A DNA stretch of 56,496 nucleotides, the filler included, from Basidioascus undulatus (Eukaryota), in assembly GCA_000826855.1 (NCBI GenBank). It is 4 parts of 4 records of this genome, joined end to end, with 100 filler letters (N's around TTAATTAATTAA, not from the genome) between each part and the next. Parts side by side here need not be neighbours in the genome. Positions count along the whole stretch, not along the records: positions 36,320 to 46,361 come from JTLS01001185.1; 3 more parts are not named here. The stretch is one strand, 5' to 3'. A program made the translations under genes and the position numbers. Of this stretch, positions 36,320-46,461 are shown piece after piece (the stretch's first letter is position 1; each line of letters opens with the position of its first letter). The notes under the pieces were generated by a model. The model worked only from the letters and a program-made list of their open reading frames with translations. It made no database searches and was not told the origin of the DNA.

Positions 36320-37649
36320 TGGGTATTAATTGGAATGCAGGTGTGTGTGTGATGGAGATGGATGATGGTGAGCGGGGCGGTTTATATATGGCTCAGAGGA
36401 GAACCACAACAGCGGATGGGTCGGCGGGGAGGCAAGAGCAGGCTGAAAGCTATTCGCAATGTGAGGATGCGTCAGGGTAGCAATCCACAGGATGGCGTAT
36501 TACGGAAGGCGGATGGCGGATGGTCAGCCTACTGGCTCACAAACGACAGTGTTTCAAAACATGAGAGGCGGCACACAGGCGCACGGTGGTCGAAAAAGCT
36601 CCTCAAAGTCAAAAAGCGTACAATATGTGAACCTCTTCTTTGAGCGGTAGAAACGTGAAGGTCGAGGAAATGAGTTTCATGCTGGAACCGTGTCCATTCC
36701 TACGAGCCCCGCTGAATGGCAGCTCCATGGTCGGCCTGGCTCATACGAGCCTCTGGTGCGGCGTCGGCCTCCAGATCCCAAAATCTTTCTGAACTGTATA
36801 AATGTGGATTAGACCGGTTTACAGCTGGTCACGAGGCTGCTTCTGCAACCCCCGGTCGTTCGACCCATACGAACACACCCCTCTTCGCTATTGCGCGTCC
36901 AGCACTTGAAATTGTGTGATGTAACCTCTCCCGGAGAAGAGACCACATGGAGTTGAAGCCGGTCATCAGGATGCTGAAGAACTCCGGCAGTTGCGGAGGA
37001 TGACAGGTGCCACCACTAGCACTGCTGTCCTGTTGAAGTCAATGCCTGTCTGGCATCTGCCTGAAGCTGCGCGGCAGTTTCTCGTGACTTTTGGCCTGGT
37101 ATCAGAATTATTGCACGTGCTTCAGATTCCACAACATCCTACGGATATCGCAGCAACCTGAAGAAGAGAGAACCACAGCAGGTCCAAAGTTGCCTTCCGC
37201 CTGTAAGAATAGGACAGGCTGTCCTTTCGATTTATCAAAGGCATAGAGATAGCGCCTGGAGAGTCTGGCTATACCTGTGAAGGAGGCGCATTTTGGGAAT
37301 CAAGATTGCCTGCTGTATATTTGGCTCAGGAAGTCAAACTTCGTGGGGGCTGGCACAGGTCGCAGAGAATATAAGGTCTCACGCGGGGCAGCAGTTGCGC
37401 TCATCATGAATAGAGTCCAAATTTTCAACCGCAAGACTTTGTCTGCTGACTTGCCTTCTGACCGCTCCTCCGCAATTTGTTGCTTCAGCCAAAGTTCGTA
37501 CGCATGACGAACATGTAACATGTCAACTGCTCGGTTCAAGGCCCGATACGCACAAAGGGCAGGCTGTCTTTTCAGGTTGGTGTCATCAAAAGGGGGAGCA
37601 AAGAGAATACCAAAAGCGACTCGTGGTTGCCTTTACGCATTTGCACCTC

Positions 37650-38430
37650 TAAAGCCAGCCAATTGGTTAGGCCGTGCCCCAGCCATGATGCACATGATAG
37701 ACTGCCTTTGCAACCCACTTCTAATATGGCGTAGCGTTTGTGGCGACTTTATAAAATGAGGATAAGTGTAATGAATCGAGCGAAAGCGAGGCAGACCGGC
37801 AGCAGGCATTACCCAGCAGACGAAACGGAGGGGCAAAAGCCGATGCAATAGGAGCAACAGCTTGGGACAGGCGAGAAAAAGGCACCCAGAGCTGTCAGGG
37901 CATGGCTGGATGGCGATCAATAAATTAGCTAGGCAGATGCCATACAGGCAATGACCACAAAGGGAGCGAGGTATGAAAGGGGAGTGAAACAAGAAGAGGG
38001 GAGCGACAACGGGAGACACAACGGGAGACACAACGGGAGCCAGGATCGAAGACCCAGAAGAGAACTTACAATAATGGAGAGTAAGAGAGAACTTTCATGA
38101 CAAGAGCTCCCATGAGGAGGTTCAGCAAGATATAAGGCCATAGGACAACACGGAAGTAGCGGAACTTGAATCGTATATGTTGTACAAGACCATTCATACC
38201 GGTAAACCGAGGAGAAGAAACATGAGCTCCTTGGTCTATCCATGCTGGAAACCAATGGTAATGAAAGCGGGTTCAACTTGCATAATGCACCGGTAGGGGC
38301 GAGGCGGCCGGCCTCCCTGGAAGATAGGGCGGCCTAAAGGTACTAAACGGTGTGAGCCGCATGGCTTCCGGATACTCACTACCAAAGAATCCCCTGTTTG
38401 GCGCAAGGACGCGCTTTGAAGGAACATTCA
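37650..38430 (-). mobile_element. Degenerate Ty3/Gypsy integrase relic
   Basis: DSLVVSIRK..SHRLVP (cf. DAILVVVDRL..AHFIP), EPAFIT, KELMFLL, RLLPLRF, YPHFIKS in integrase order. Includes (GACAACGGGA)x3 at about 38005-38038. Confidence 0.35.
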
Positions 38431-38458
38431 GTCAAGGCTTGCAACATGCAGATCTGAT

Positions 38459-39123
38459 CTATGCAGAGAGCGGCTCAACCGCGACCCCCTCCGCGTCCCT
38501 CACAATCCTGAAGCAACTGTCCGGCGCTCTCGTTCTGCTTGTGATCGTGACGAGATGAAGGCTTCGACAGTGCGCTGCGAGCGTCCGGATGTACGTCTCG
38601 GCGTCGGTCCGCGCGGTCGGCCCATGCGCGAGACGCATGCGCGTGAGGCTCGGAAACGCCGCCAAAATCTTGCCCAGCTCGTTCTGCTCACCCGAACAAA
38701 AGTGAGCGGGCGCCGATCAGCGTAAAGAAAGAAAAGCACTGGACGCACCTCCTGAGGCTTCCAGTAGTCGAGTACGCTACCGTCCCACTCGTCCACCGCG
38801 GGGCATACCCGTGCGAGCTCGCGCACGCACCACCCGATGTCCTCTCCGCTCTCCAGCTCGCCCTGGTCGAATTCGGGCACGCGGACCGCGGGGAGTGCGC
38901 CGTCCGCGAGCGCCTCGAACAGGAGCTTCATGTCGAACCTCGGCTCGTCTGCGCTGTCAGGCACGACGTGCAGGCGGGCAAGCGAGCGGAGGCATACTGC
39001 GCCTGCGCCTGCAAGGTGCCGCACGGTAGACGCGGAGGCGGAGAGCCCCCGGAGGTTGGCGAAGACGTCTTGACGCAGGCGAGCAGGGTCAAGCACGCAG
39101 CGGTCGGCTGACTCTGGCCTCAT
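38459..39123 (-). pseudogene. 3' fragment of a hypothetical (leucine-rich / F-box-associated-like) gene
   Basis: GC-rich coding-like exons (..CLRSLARLHVV..VRELARVCPAVDEWDG..|..LAAFPSLTRMRL..IRTLAAHCRSLHLV) with a GT-AG intron; no clear 5' exons. Confidence 0.4.
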
Positions 39124-39704
39124 GGACGCCGCGCGGCAGTATCCCGATGATATGCCAGCTCCGCGTTACTCCTTCTTTTTCTTTGTTCTTGAACGCCGGT
39201 CGGCTTTTGTGGAGTGAGATGCATGCCCGCTACCCGTTTACCGCGTTCTATGGGTTGTCTATAGCGGGTTATCTATAGCGTGTGCGTTGCAAGTCAGCTG
39301 AAAGATTTAGTCTCCTAATCTCGTAATTCCGAAGTACTAGTCAGAGCGCCTCTCCTATTAGTAAGCTCCATTTCCAGCGGGATCAGACATGAAAGTCTGA
39401 ATGGCTGGATATCAAGACATCGTGCATGTGCGAGTCAGGGGCCGAGACAGGATAGTTGCGGTACGGATTCGCAGGCGCGGAAGGATTGACGGCGGAAGGG
39501 ACTCGGAAGGAGCTCGAGCAAGTCCCGCACTCGCCCTCACGCCGAAGGGTAATTGTTTACGTGCACGCGGGTTGCTGTATGTTTTCACGACAGCTTTAAG
39601 TCTGATGAATATGGTAGCGGTCCTGCTGAGCTTCATATGAAAGCCAGCTCGCCAACGTCCTCTTTTCTTCCCCCGCACGTTCTTCCCACCCGCCCGTCGT
39701 CCTG

Positions 39705-40800
39705 ATGCTTCTCGCCTCTTTTACCCAGTTCATGAGGCCGCAATCACGCGGTTCCGCGCCGCTACTTGTCCTCCTCGTGCTGTGGTATATATCATCCACC
39801 TGCACACGAACGGATTTTTTTACGTGTCGGGTCCCAGCAATCCCCTCACCTCCTTCGTCAGCATCCAAAGCAGCACCACCACCAGCACCACCAGCAGCAG
39901 CAATCATGGCCAGATCGTCCTCTTGACTGATAAGAGGGGTTGGGCAAAGACCCAGGGCACTGCCGGCGCCAGCGTATACCAGCGGCCGCTCTCGCCGGTG
40001 CCGAAGGGGGAGATGCGGATGGCGATCGCGAGCATGAACACGGAAGAAACGACGTATGACCACATCTCGCTAGCGGGCAAGTTCAGTAAGTAAAAATATC
40101 CCCCCTTTCCCCCGGCCTCGCAGCTGATAGGAATGGATAGGTTATGCGACCAAACACAACTACGGCATAAAGATGGATTTTGCGGTGCCGAAGGGCTTCA
40201 AGGCGGGTGCGGTCTGGCACAAGCTGAACATGATCGAGTACTTGGTGCGCACGGGTGACTACGACTGGATATGGTGGATCGACTACGACCTGTCATAACC
40301 AATACCACCATCAAGCTCGAGGATATCATTGCCGAAGCCTTGCACAGCGAGGACGTTACCGACCCGCAGAATATCCACATGATCTTGACTGCTGATTGGT
40401 ACCCCCCTTCCCTCACCCCATCCTTGGGTTCATGCTAACTCACCCCCCTCCCAGCTTCCCTCTCAACGCCGGTAGCATGCTGCTCCGCGGCACACCCCTC
40501 ATGCTGGATTTCCTTTCCGAAGTCTGGACGTGCGGCGATGTGGAGGAGGGAGAGCGGCCGAGCGAGCAGGACTGCATCCGCGACATCCTGGAGCAAAAAC
40601 TGCTCTGGAAGAGCCGTGCCATCTGGATCGCGCAGACCAAGATCAATGCATTCCCAGACGAGATCAGCTGCTGGGATAATAACAAGAAGGGGTGGGCCCC
40701 CGGAGACTTTGTGGCGCATTTCCCGGGAGCTTGGGCACACCTCAAGGACAAGGATCCCTACGGTGTCATGATGAGGAAGTATAATGAGTGGGTTGAGTAA
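39705..40800 (+). pseudogene. Glycosyltransferase family 34 (GMA12/MNN10-like) with two apparent frameshifts
   Basis: YATKHNY, VWHKLNMIE..YDWIWWIDYD, ITNTTIKLEDII, LTAD|CFPLNAGSMLLRG, SEQDCIRD, QTKINAFP, GDFVAHFPGA. Frame breaks near 39782 and 40290. Confidence 0.85.
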
Positions 40801-42459
40801 GTCCCCCCCCCCTCCCCCCCCGGGGCCCTGCGGTCTTCGCGCTTCAGGACGACAGTTTTGACAGGGTGTTGATAGCCGTAAGCAGTAAGGAGAAGCTACT
40901 CGGCAACAAGGATCATTGGATGTCATGAATACCCTCCCTCCCTTTACCAAGGACAGCTACACCCTCTCCTAATGAAAGGTCTTAGAGACCTCTCATGCAC
41001 ACCAACGCACACAACAGACGAGGGACCAATCTATGGACTGTAGGGTTAGGCGTTAAGAGCTCTGCATGCGACGCCGCTAGTGGGCAACAGGAGGAGTAGA
41101 GTACAGGAGCGAGAAGGGCTGCTAGCGGGCAAGAGGAAGGGATACAGGAGCAGGAAGGGGCCAGGCCAGCACCAACACCACATGGGCGAGAGCTTTGCAC
41201 CAGCGGGAGAAGAGTAGACTATGTAGGAATGAGACGATGTTCGGATACTTGATGAGGGTGGACTCGATGGCACGGAGGATGGGACTGGCGGCATGGGGAG
41301 CAGCATTGAGAAGGCGGTCGATGAGGGTGATGCGAGGGATCATGTGGTTGTTGCCGGGGGTGCTTCGGGTGTCGAGAGCGTGGTTATGCCTTGGGCTGTC
41401 TTGCGCCTCTACGCCAGCGGAGCGCGATGGTGAGGTCGGAGAGGGGGAGGGCAAAGATGGGGTCGATGAAGGAGGGTGTGTGGTGAATGTAGCGGCCGAG
41501 TGTGCCGACGTTGGCCTCGGTGGAGCGCCAGTGCCGGCGACGAGGAAGAGCTGGACTAGGGATTTGAGTGCGAGTGGATCATCACTGACATTGGACTGAG
41601 GGCCGTGCGTGCCTCTTTTGCAAGTGGCAGTGCGAGGAGGAGGCAGATGGGCTCGTCTGGGAAGGAAGGTGGGTGTCTCGTCAAGCGACGGATCCGGTTA
41701 GCCGGTGCCGCATGTGCAAGATAGTGTGCATACAGACCCAGAGCGAGGTTCTCTAGGCGCTGGCGAGGGGGAAGCCACTCTGTTACTGCTGCTGCGATCT
41801 TGGCTTCCTGTGTCCGACCTGCGATGACCCATGTCACGGCTTCCACCCAAGCCCTGTGAGCGTCCTCGAGCATGGGCTGGCGCTCCCGCACCTTGCCTGC
41901 CCATAGCCATGCGACGGGGCCTGCATACTCGAGGTTGGTGATACCCCTTGTCCCACATACTCTCATCTCCTTCAGTTAGTTCTCTCTTCCCTGCAGAGTT
42001 TCTACCGTTAATAACATGAGCCTGAGCCGGCATGACATACTGGTGAAGCAACCATCATGGCGATCGGAGTCTCCCAATCCGTATTAGGTACAGATAGGGC
42101 AAGCAGAAACGACTGTGACATATTGTTCTTGTACAGACAGTATTAGGAGCGCTACCTGCCCTGAGGCCCTCCGGCAGCTGGCTTATCTCCGGTCTCGCGC
42201 GGAGGCTTGACTCTTTCGGGACGTTACTCGCGCTGTTGGCGACATCTGACCTGAGCGTTTCTCAGGCGTCCGCTCAGCATAGCAGCGTCCGACTCGTCGG
42301 GAGCGGGGAGCAGGGCGTTGGGAGATCTGAAAAGAAGGCGTGTAAACCCGCTCGCTTTTTCCCAAATAGCTTACTTTCCAGTACTCTTGTGAATCTCATA
42401 CCTCACATCCCACAACACGCACATACCGCAGTCCTCTTCATTCCACCCACTTATCCTTC

Positions 42460-43913
42460 ATGGAAGCCGCCGCAGCCAACTCCTCTTGTCCGGCCGACCA
42501 CATCCTCGCCCCCAACAAGCTCTCCGCCGCCGCCGAGTGCGATGCCCGCCTAACCGGCATCCGGCTCACGTCCAACGGCGGCGATATCAAGGACGTCGCA
42601 TGGCTCGAGCCTACCAGTACGAACGCCTCCGCTAAGGAGATTGGGAGCAAGTACAACCGAGACGGTTACGTCTATGTGAAGGGCCTGTTGCCGGTGGACG
42701 TCGTGAGGAAGATGCGGAGGAAGTGAGCCGCTCTCTTTCCTGCTCCGCGTAGCTTGAAGGATGGGAAGGCTGAACTTGCTGAACTTGAATTACCAACCAG
42801 ATACTTTGAGTTTGTCGCTTCCTCGGGCTTGCTCAAGGAGGGTACAGACCCCGTCGAAGGCATCTATTGCGGCGCTGCCCCGGACGAGTACGCTGGGCCG
42901 GCCACGGCCGCGACGGCTCACGGCGAATCGAACGCAGGCCAGTTCATGAAGCTCGCAACCGAGGCGTACTGCTCGGACTTTTACGAGGAGTTCCAGAACA
43001 CGCCTGGTGAGCAATGCGCCGCTCTTTCTTCTTGTTAGACTCTGGTAGATCAGATGGCTAACTCTATGCGGGATGGGTGCAATAGAGCTGTTTGAGTTCG
43101 CAAAGCGGTTGACGGGCTGGGACAAGGTGCACCTGCTCAAGCGCCAGCTGCTGCGCACAAACGTTCCCGGTGCTGAAGCTACCGGCGTCCACTGTACGCT
43201 CTTTTCCAATTTCCATTATCCCGCCGTCGCTCACTAATCCCTCCTCGCTTCCTCAGACGACCAGATCTTCCTCCGCGCCGGCCCGCCCACAGCCCTCACG
43301 GCCTGGGTTCCCATCGGCCGTGTTACTGCGGAAGGTGGCGGGCTTATCTACCTCGAGCGCTCGCATGAGCTCGGCAAGCAGATTGAGGACGAATTCCAGC
43401 GTCGGGCCGTGGGTTTCACGCAGGAGCAGCGGCTGAGCGCGTACAATGCGAACATGATGCGCGGTGGGATCTTGGCGAGCGATGCGGGAGGGTTCGCGAA
43501 GATGCATGGACGGAGGTGGTTGATTGCCGACTATGAGGTGTGTTTGAGGGACTGGCAAAGCGCGTGGACGGGCGCTGACTCTCGGCTCTTTCACCTCTTC
43601 GTCATAGGACGGCGATGTTGTCTTCCACAAGTGCATCAATTCTTGGTTCTGTGCAGAGCGGTGACCTTCAATTTACATCAATTATTCTCTTTTCTCTGCA
43701 GCCCATTCATGATCCACGCCTCGGCCGTCAACCAATCGCCTGAGGGCCGGATCCGGCTCTCAACCGACCTTCGCTTTGTGCACCCGGACCTGCCGTTCGA
43801 CACTCGGTGCGTTTCCTGCTCTCCCGTACCTTCTTCCGTCCCAAGGCGCTGACCAGATCTGGTTGATGCCGAACAGGTGGATGAACAGTTGGTCTGCAGG
43901 TGACGGCCTCTGA
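42460..43913 (+). CDS. Phytanoyl-CoA dioxygenase (PhyH) family 2OG-Fe(II) enzyme, multi-exon
   Basis: YNRDGYVYVKGLL, ATGVH|YDQIFLRAGPPTALTAWVPIG (HxD), GGGLIYLE, GDVVFH, MIHAS..RIRLSTDLRF. Confidence 0.92.
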
Positions 43914-44410
43914 GTGGCTCAGTTTTGCAACGCATCCTGTTTCCCTTTCTTTGCCTCCATAAATTTCCCTCTTCCTACCGCGCCTCTGCGTTGACGACTC
44001 GCCCTGGAAGACCGAGGAGGAGCGCAAGGCTCCCGAGTCTCGACGCGCCCGCCTTCAGCGTTCTGCCGCGACGGTGCACGCCGAGCCGCTGCAGCCAACT
44101 GCGCGTGCCTGCGCCAGCTTGCCGCGGCACCGCCACGGTGCGCACTGGCCGTAGGTAGCGGCCTGATGGCCGTTCCTTGCATGAACCGGAGAGGACATAC
44201 GGTCTCAGGCGAATATTAGGTGATGGAATGTACTGACTCAAAAGCCGATGCCGGCCAAATAAACCGCCACCCGCCCTCGCCAACGCCCACTTTCGCATTT
44301 TCACTTTGCCCAGCTTCCACGTTGTTTTCACTCATACAAATTCGCTGTCAGACTCTTCATCATCACCGAAAGACAAACCACGCTTTCACATCCTCGCCCT
44401 CACGTAAACT

Positions 44411-44655
44411 TCACCAGGTGCACCCCGCCGGCGAGCTTGGCATCTGCGACCGTCTGCGTCGGGTCCGTGAGCTCGCGGTTGAACAGGTGGTCGTCAGCAC
44501 GTAGAGTCGGTCGCGTGTCGGGGCGGAAGCTGCATGCGGATAAAGACAACTCTCAGAAAGAGGAAGCATGAACAGAAAGCAAGACGAAACACACGCCTCG
44601 ATGTAGTTGCGCAGGTCGGTGACGTTGCGCGTTATGTTGACCCTCGCGAGCATTC
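44411..44655 (-). pseudogene. Orphan UBX-domain fragment (Shp1/p47-like), frameshifted
   Basis: RMLARVNITRNVTDLRNYIEA|...YVLTTT/FNRELTDPTQTVADAKLAGGV resembles the Shp1 UBX domain; frame break within TTT-FNREL. Confidence 0.55.
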
Positions 44656-45079
44656 TGAAGGAGATCGCGTAAGGAGCTTGCGGACAGTGAAAGGACGCCG
44701 ACGAGGGGACCGAGATGACGAGGACAAGGACCTGGACAAGGACGACGCCGACTACGACGACAAAGCTTACTATGAGGATGACGCCAACAAGGAGGAGGTC
44801 GAGGACTCAGAGGACGCGGGCGAGGCGCGGCTGACCAGCGACGCGCGTAAGTCGAGCGTTTGAATGTGCATGCGAGCGCTTGAAGGATGATCACACGCGA
44901 GCGTCTGAATGCCTTCGCATGCGTTTGTAAGGTGAGACACGTGCGAGAGCTGGCACATGCCCGGCCCGGCTTGTGCGCACTTCCTCGAGTAAGAATTGAT
45001 CGACCTGCGATCCTACACAAACGTCATAGATGCCCAAAAAGAATAAACGAGAAGAAAGGAAAACATCGCTAGATCTGCT

Positions 45080-46105
45080 TCAGCCGCCTAAAGACGAGCA
45101 CGCCGCATCAGTCACTGTCGAGGTACTGATGCCAACGTTACTTACTTTGAGCGAGGCACATGGGGGTCCCAGGCCAGATGTCGTTGCAGGTGACAAAGGA
45201 GTTGAGCTCCTGGATCTTGGCGACGCTGACGCCTTGGACAGCGGAGATGCTAGCACAGTCGTCGCCTGTGCATGTTCAGAAACTAAGAGCCCTCCAGCTT
45301 CGGGCGAGTTGAGAAGAAGGAGTTTGGGACGGACCAGCCTTGGAGGTGTACGACCAGGTGCAGGCTGATCCTGATCGCGACGGGTGAGCGTTCGGGTACA
45401 AGCTCTCTTAGAGGAGACGCACCCTTTCCCAGACAGAGAGGAGTCCCCTCCCAGATGTCGTTACAAGTGACAAACGAGTTGTACTCCTGGATTTTGGCCA
45501 CCGTGACGCGGTGGGCGCTGGCGATGCTGTCCCAGGTGTCACCTGTACGTGAACAAGTCTATGAGCCCATGGAGGAAATCCTGTAAGGTCATAGATATTT
45601 AACCGATGACGTACCGCGCTTGGAGTTGTACCAGTTCGTGCACGCGCCAGTAGAGGGAGTGCTCGGGCTGCTCGGGGTGTTTACAGTCTCGGTGCCTATC
45701 ACGATGCATGAGCTCGACCGCCTTGCTTCAGAGTAAGTAGACTACATATGACGCACTCTTGGTCACGTACAGGACGGTTCCGCGCCAAATGTTACTGCAG
45801 TCGACGAAAGAGTTGTGTTCCTGCAGCTTGGCGACCGTCACTCCCTGGGCTGCAGCAATTTCGGCGCAGGTGGCGGCTGTAGGCGTTTGAAACTTGTGAG
45901 TGCATGTGGTTGGGTCATGGCATGTAGGAGAAGGCGGACCAGCTGTGGTTGTGTACCAATTCGTGCAAGCGTCCGCCGTCGGAGTGCTCGGGGTGGAAGG
46001 CGTGGTGGGAGTGTCAGGATTGGTGGGAGTCACACTGCCCTCCCTGTAGACATTGGGACCCGGGATGGTGTACTGCTCGATGCCATCCACTCCGGGCCAG
46101 TAGAT
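45080..46105 (-). CDS. 3' part of a secreted-type protein: AA9-LPMO-like C-terminal motif, P/T linker and three LysM modules; 5' exons absent
   Basis: IYWPGVDGIEQYTIPGPNVY, then three repeats ACT.WY/SY....GD.C..IA....V.VAK.QE.NSFV.C..IW.GT..C, each split by an intron at the same position; ends ..CLAQ|SG*. Confidence 0.85.
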
Positions 46106-46145
46106 CTGCGATGGACATACAGACCCGCTGGTCAGCTTGGCCGTC

Positions 46146-46361
46146 TGTCACGGTCTGTAAGAGCGAGGATCAGGGCTAGGGCGGGAGCGACAGGGGAAAG
46201 GGCGGGAGTGTAAAAATAATGTGACAAGGTTTGACAAAATCCAGGGATTGGACGTTGTTAAGGCGTTCATGACGTAGCCCCCTTTTCAAGGGCGAGCTCT
46301 GCGAGCCCGGATGTAGGAGGTAGTTCGGGAGGGCCGATTGGGATGCGACTGGTGGAACTCG
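46146..46361 (-). mobile_element. 3' end of a chromovirus-type Ty3/Gypsy element: pol tail, PPT and a short LTR
   Basis: Minus strand: EFHQSHPNRP (chromodomain-tail-like), PPT GAAAAGGGGG (46278-46287), then about 129 bp from CGTCATG (46274) to CGTGACA (46146), a degenerate TGTCACG...CGTGACA terminal inverted pair. Confidence 0.6.
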
Positions 46362-46461
46362 NNNNNNNNNNNNNNNNNNNNNNNNNNNNNNNNNNNNNNN
46401 NNNNNTTAATTAATTAANNNNNNNNNNNNNNNNNNNNNNNNNNNNNNNNNNNNNNNNNNNN
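46362..46461. other. Assembly spacer (N + TTAATTAATTAA + N)
   Basis: Same 100-nt linker. Confidence 0.99.

Noticed and set aside
38005..38038. GACAACGGGA x3 as a CRISPR-like or regulatory array
   Set aside because: Simple short tandem repeat with no unique spacers, inside a probable retroelement relic in a eukaryote.
44534..44863. Acidic plus-strand ORF (DDEDKDLDKDDADYDD)
   Set aside because: Low-complexity, no family match, and it overlaps the UBX relic; could not be supported as a gene.
39705..46105. GT34 + PhyH + LysM as a biosynthetic gene cluster
   Set aside because: No backbone enzyme, regulator or transporter; the genes are interspersed with relics and GT34 is broken.
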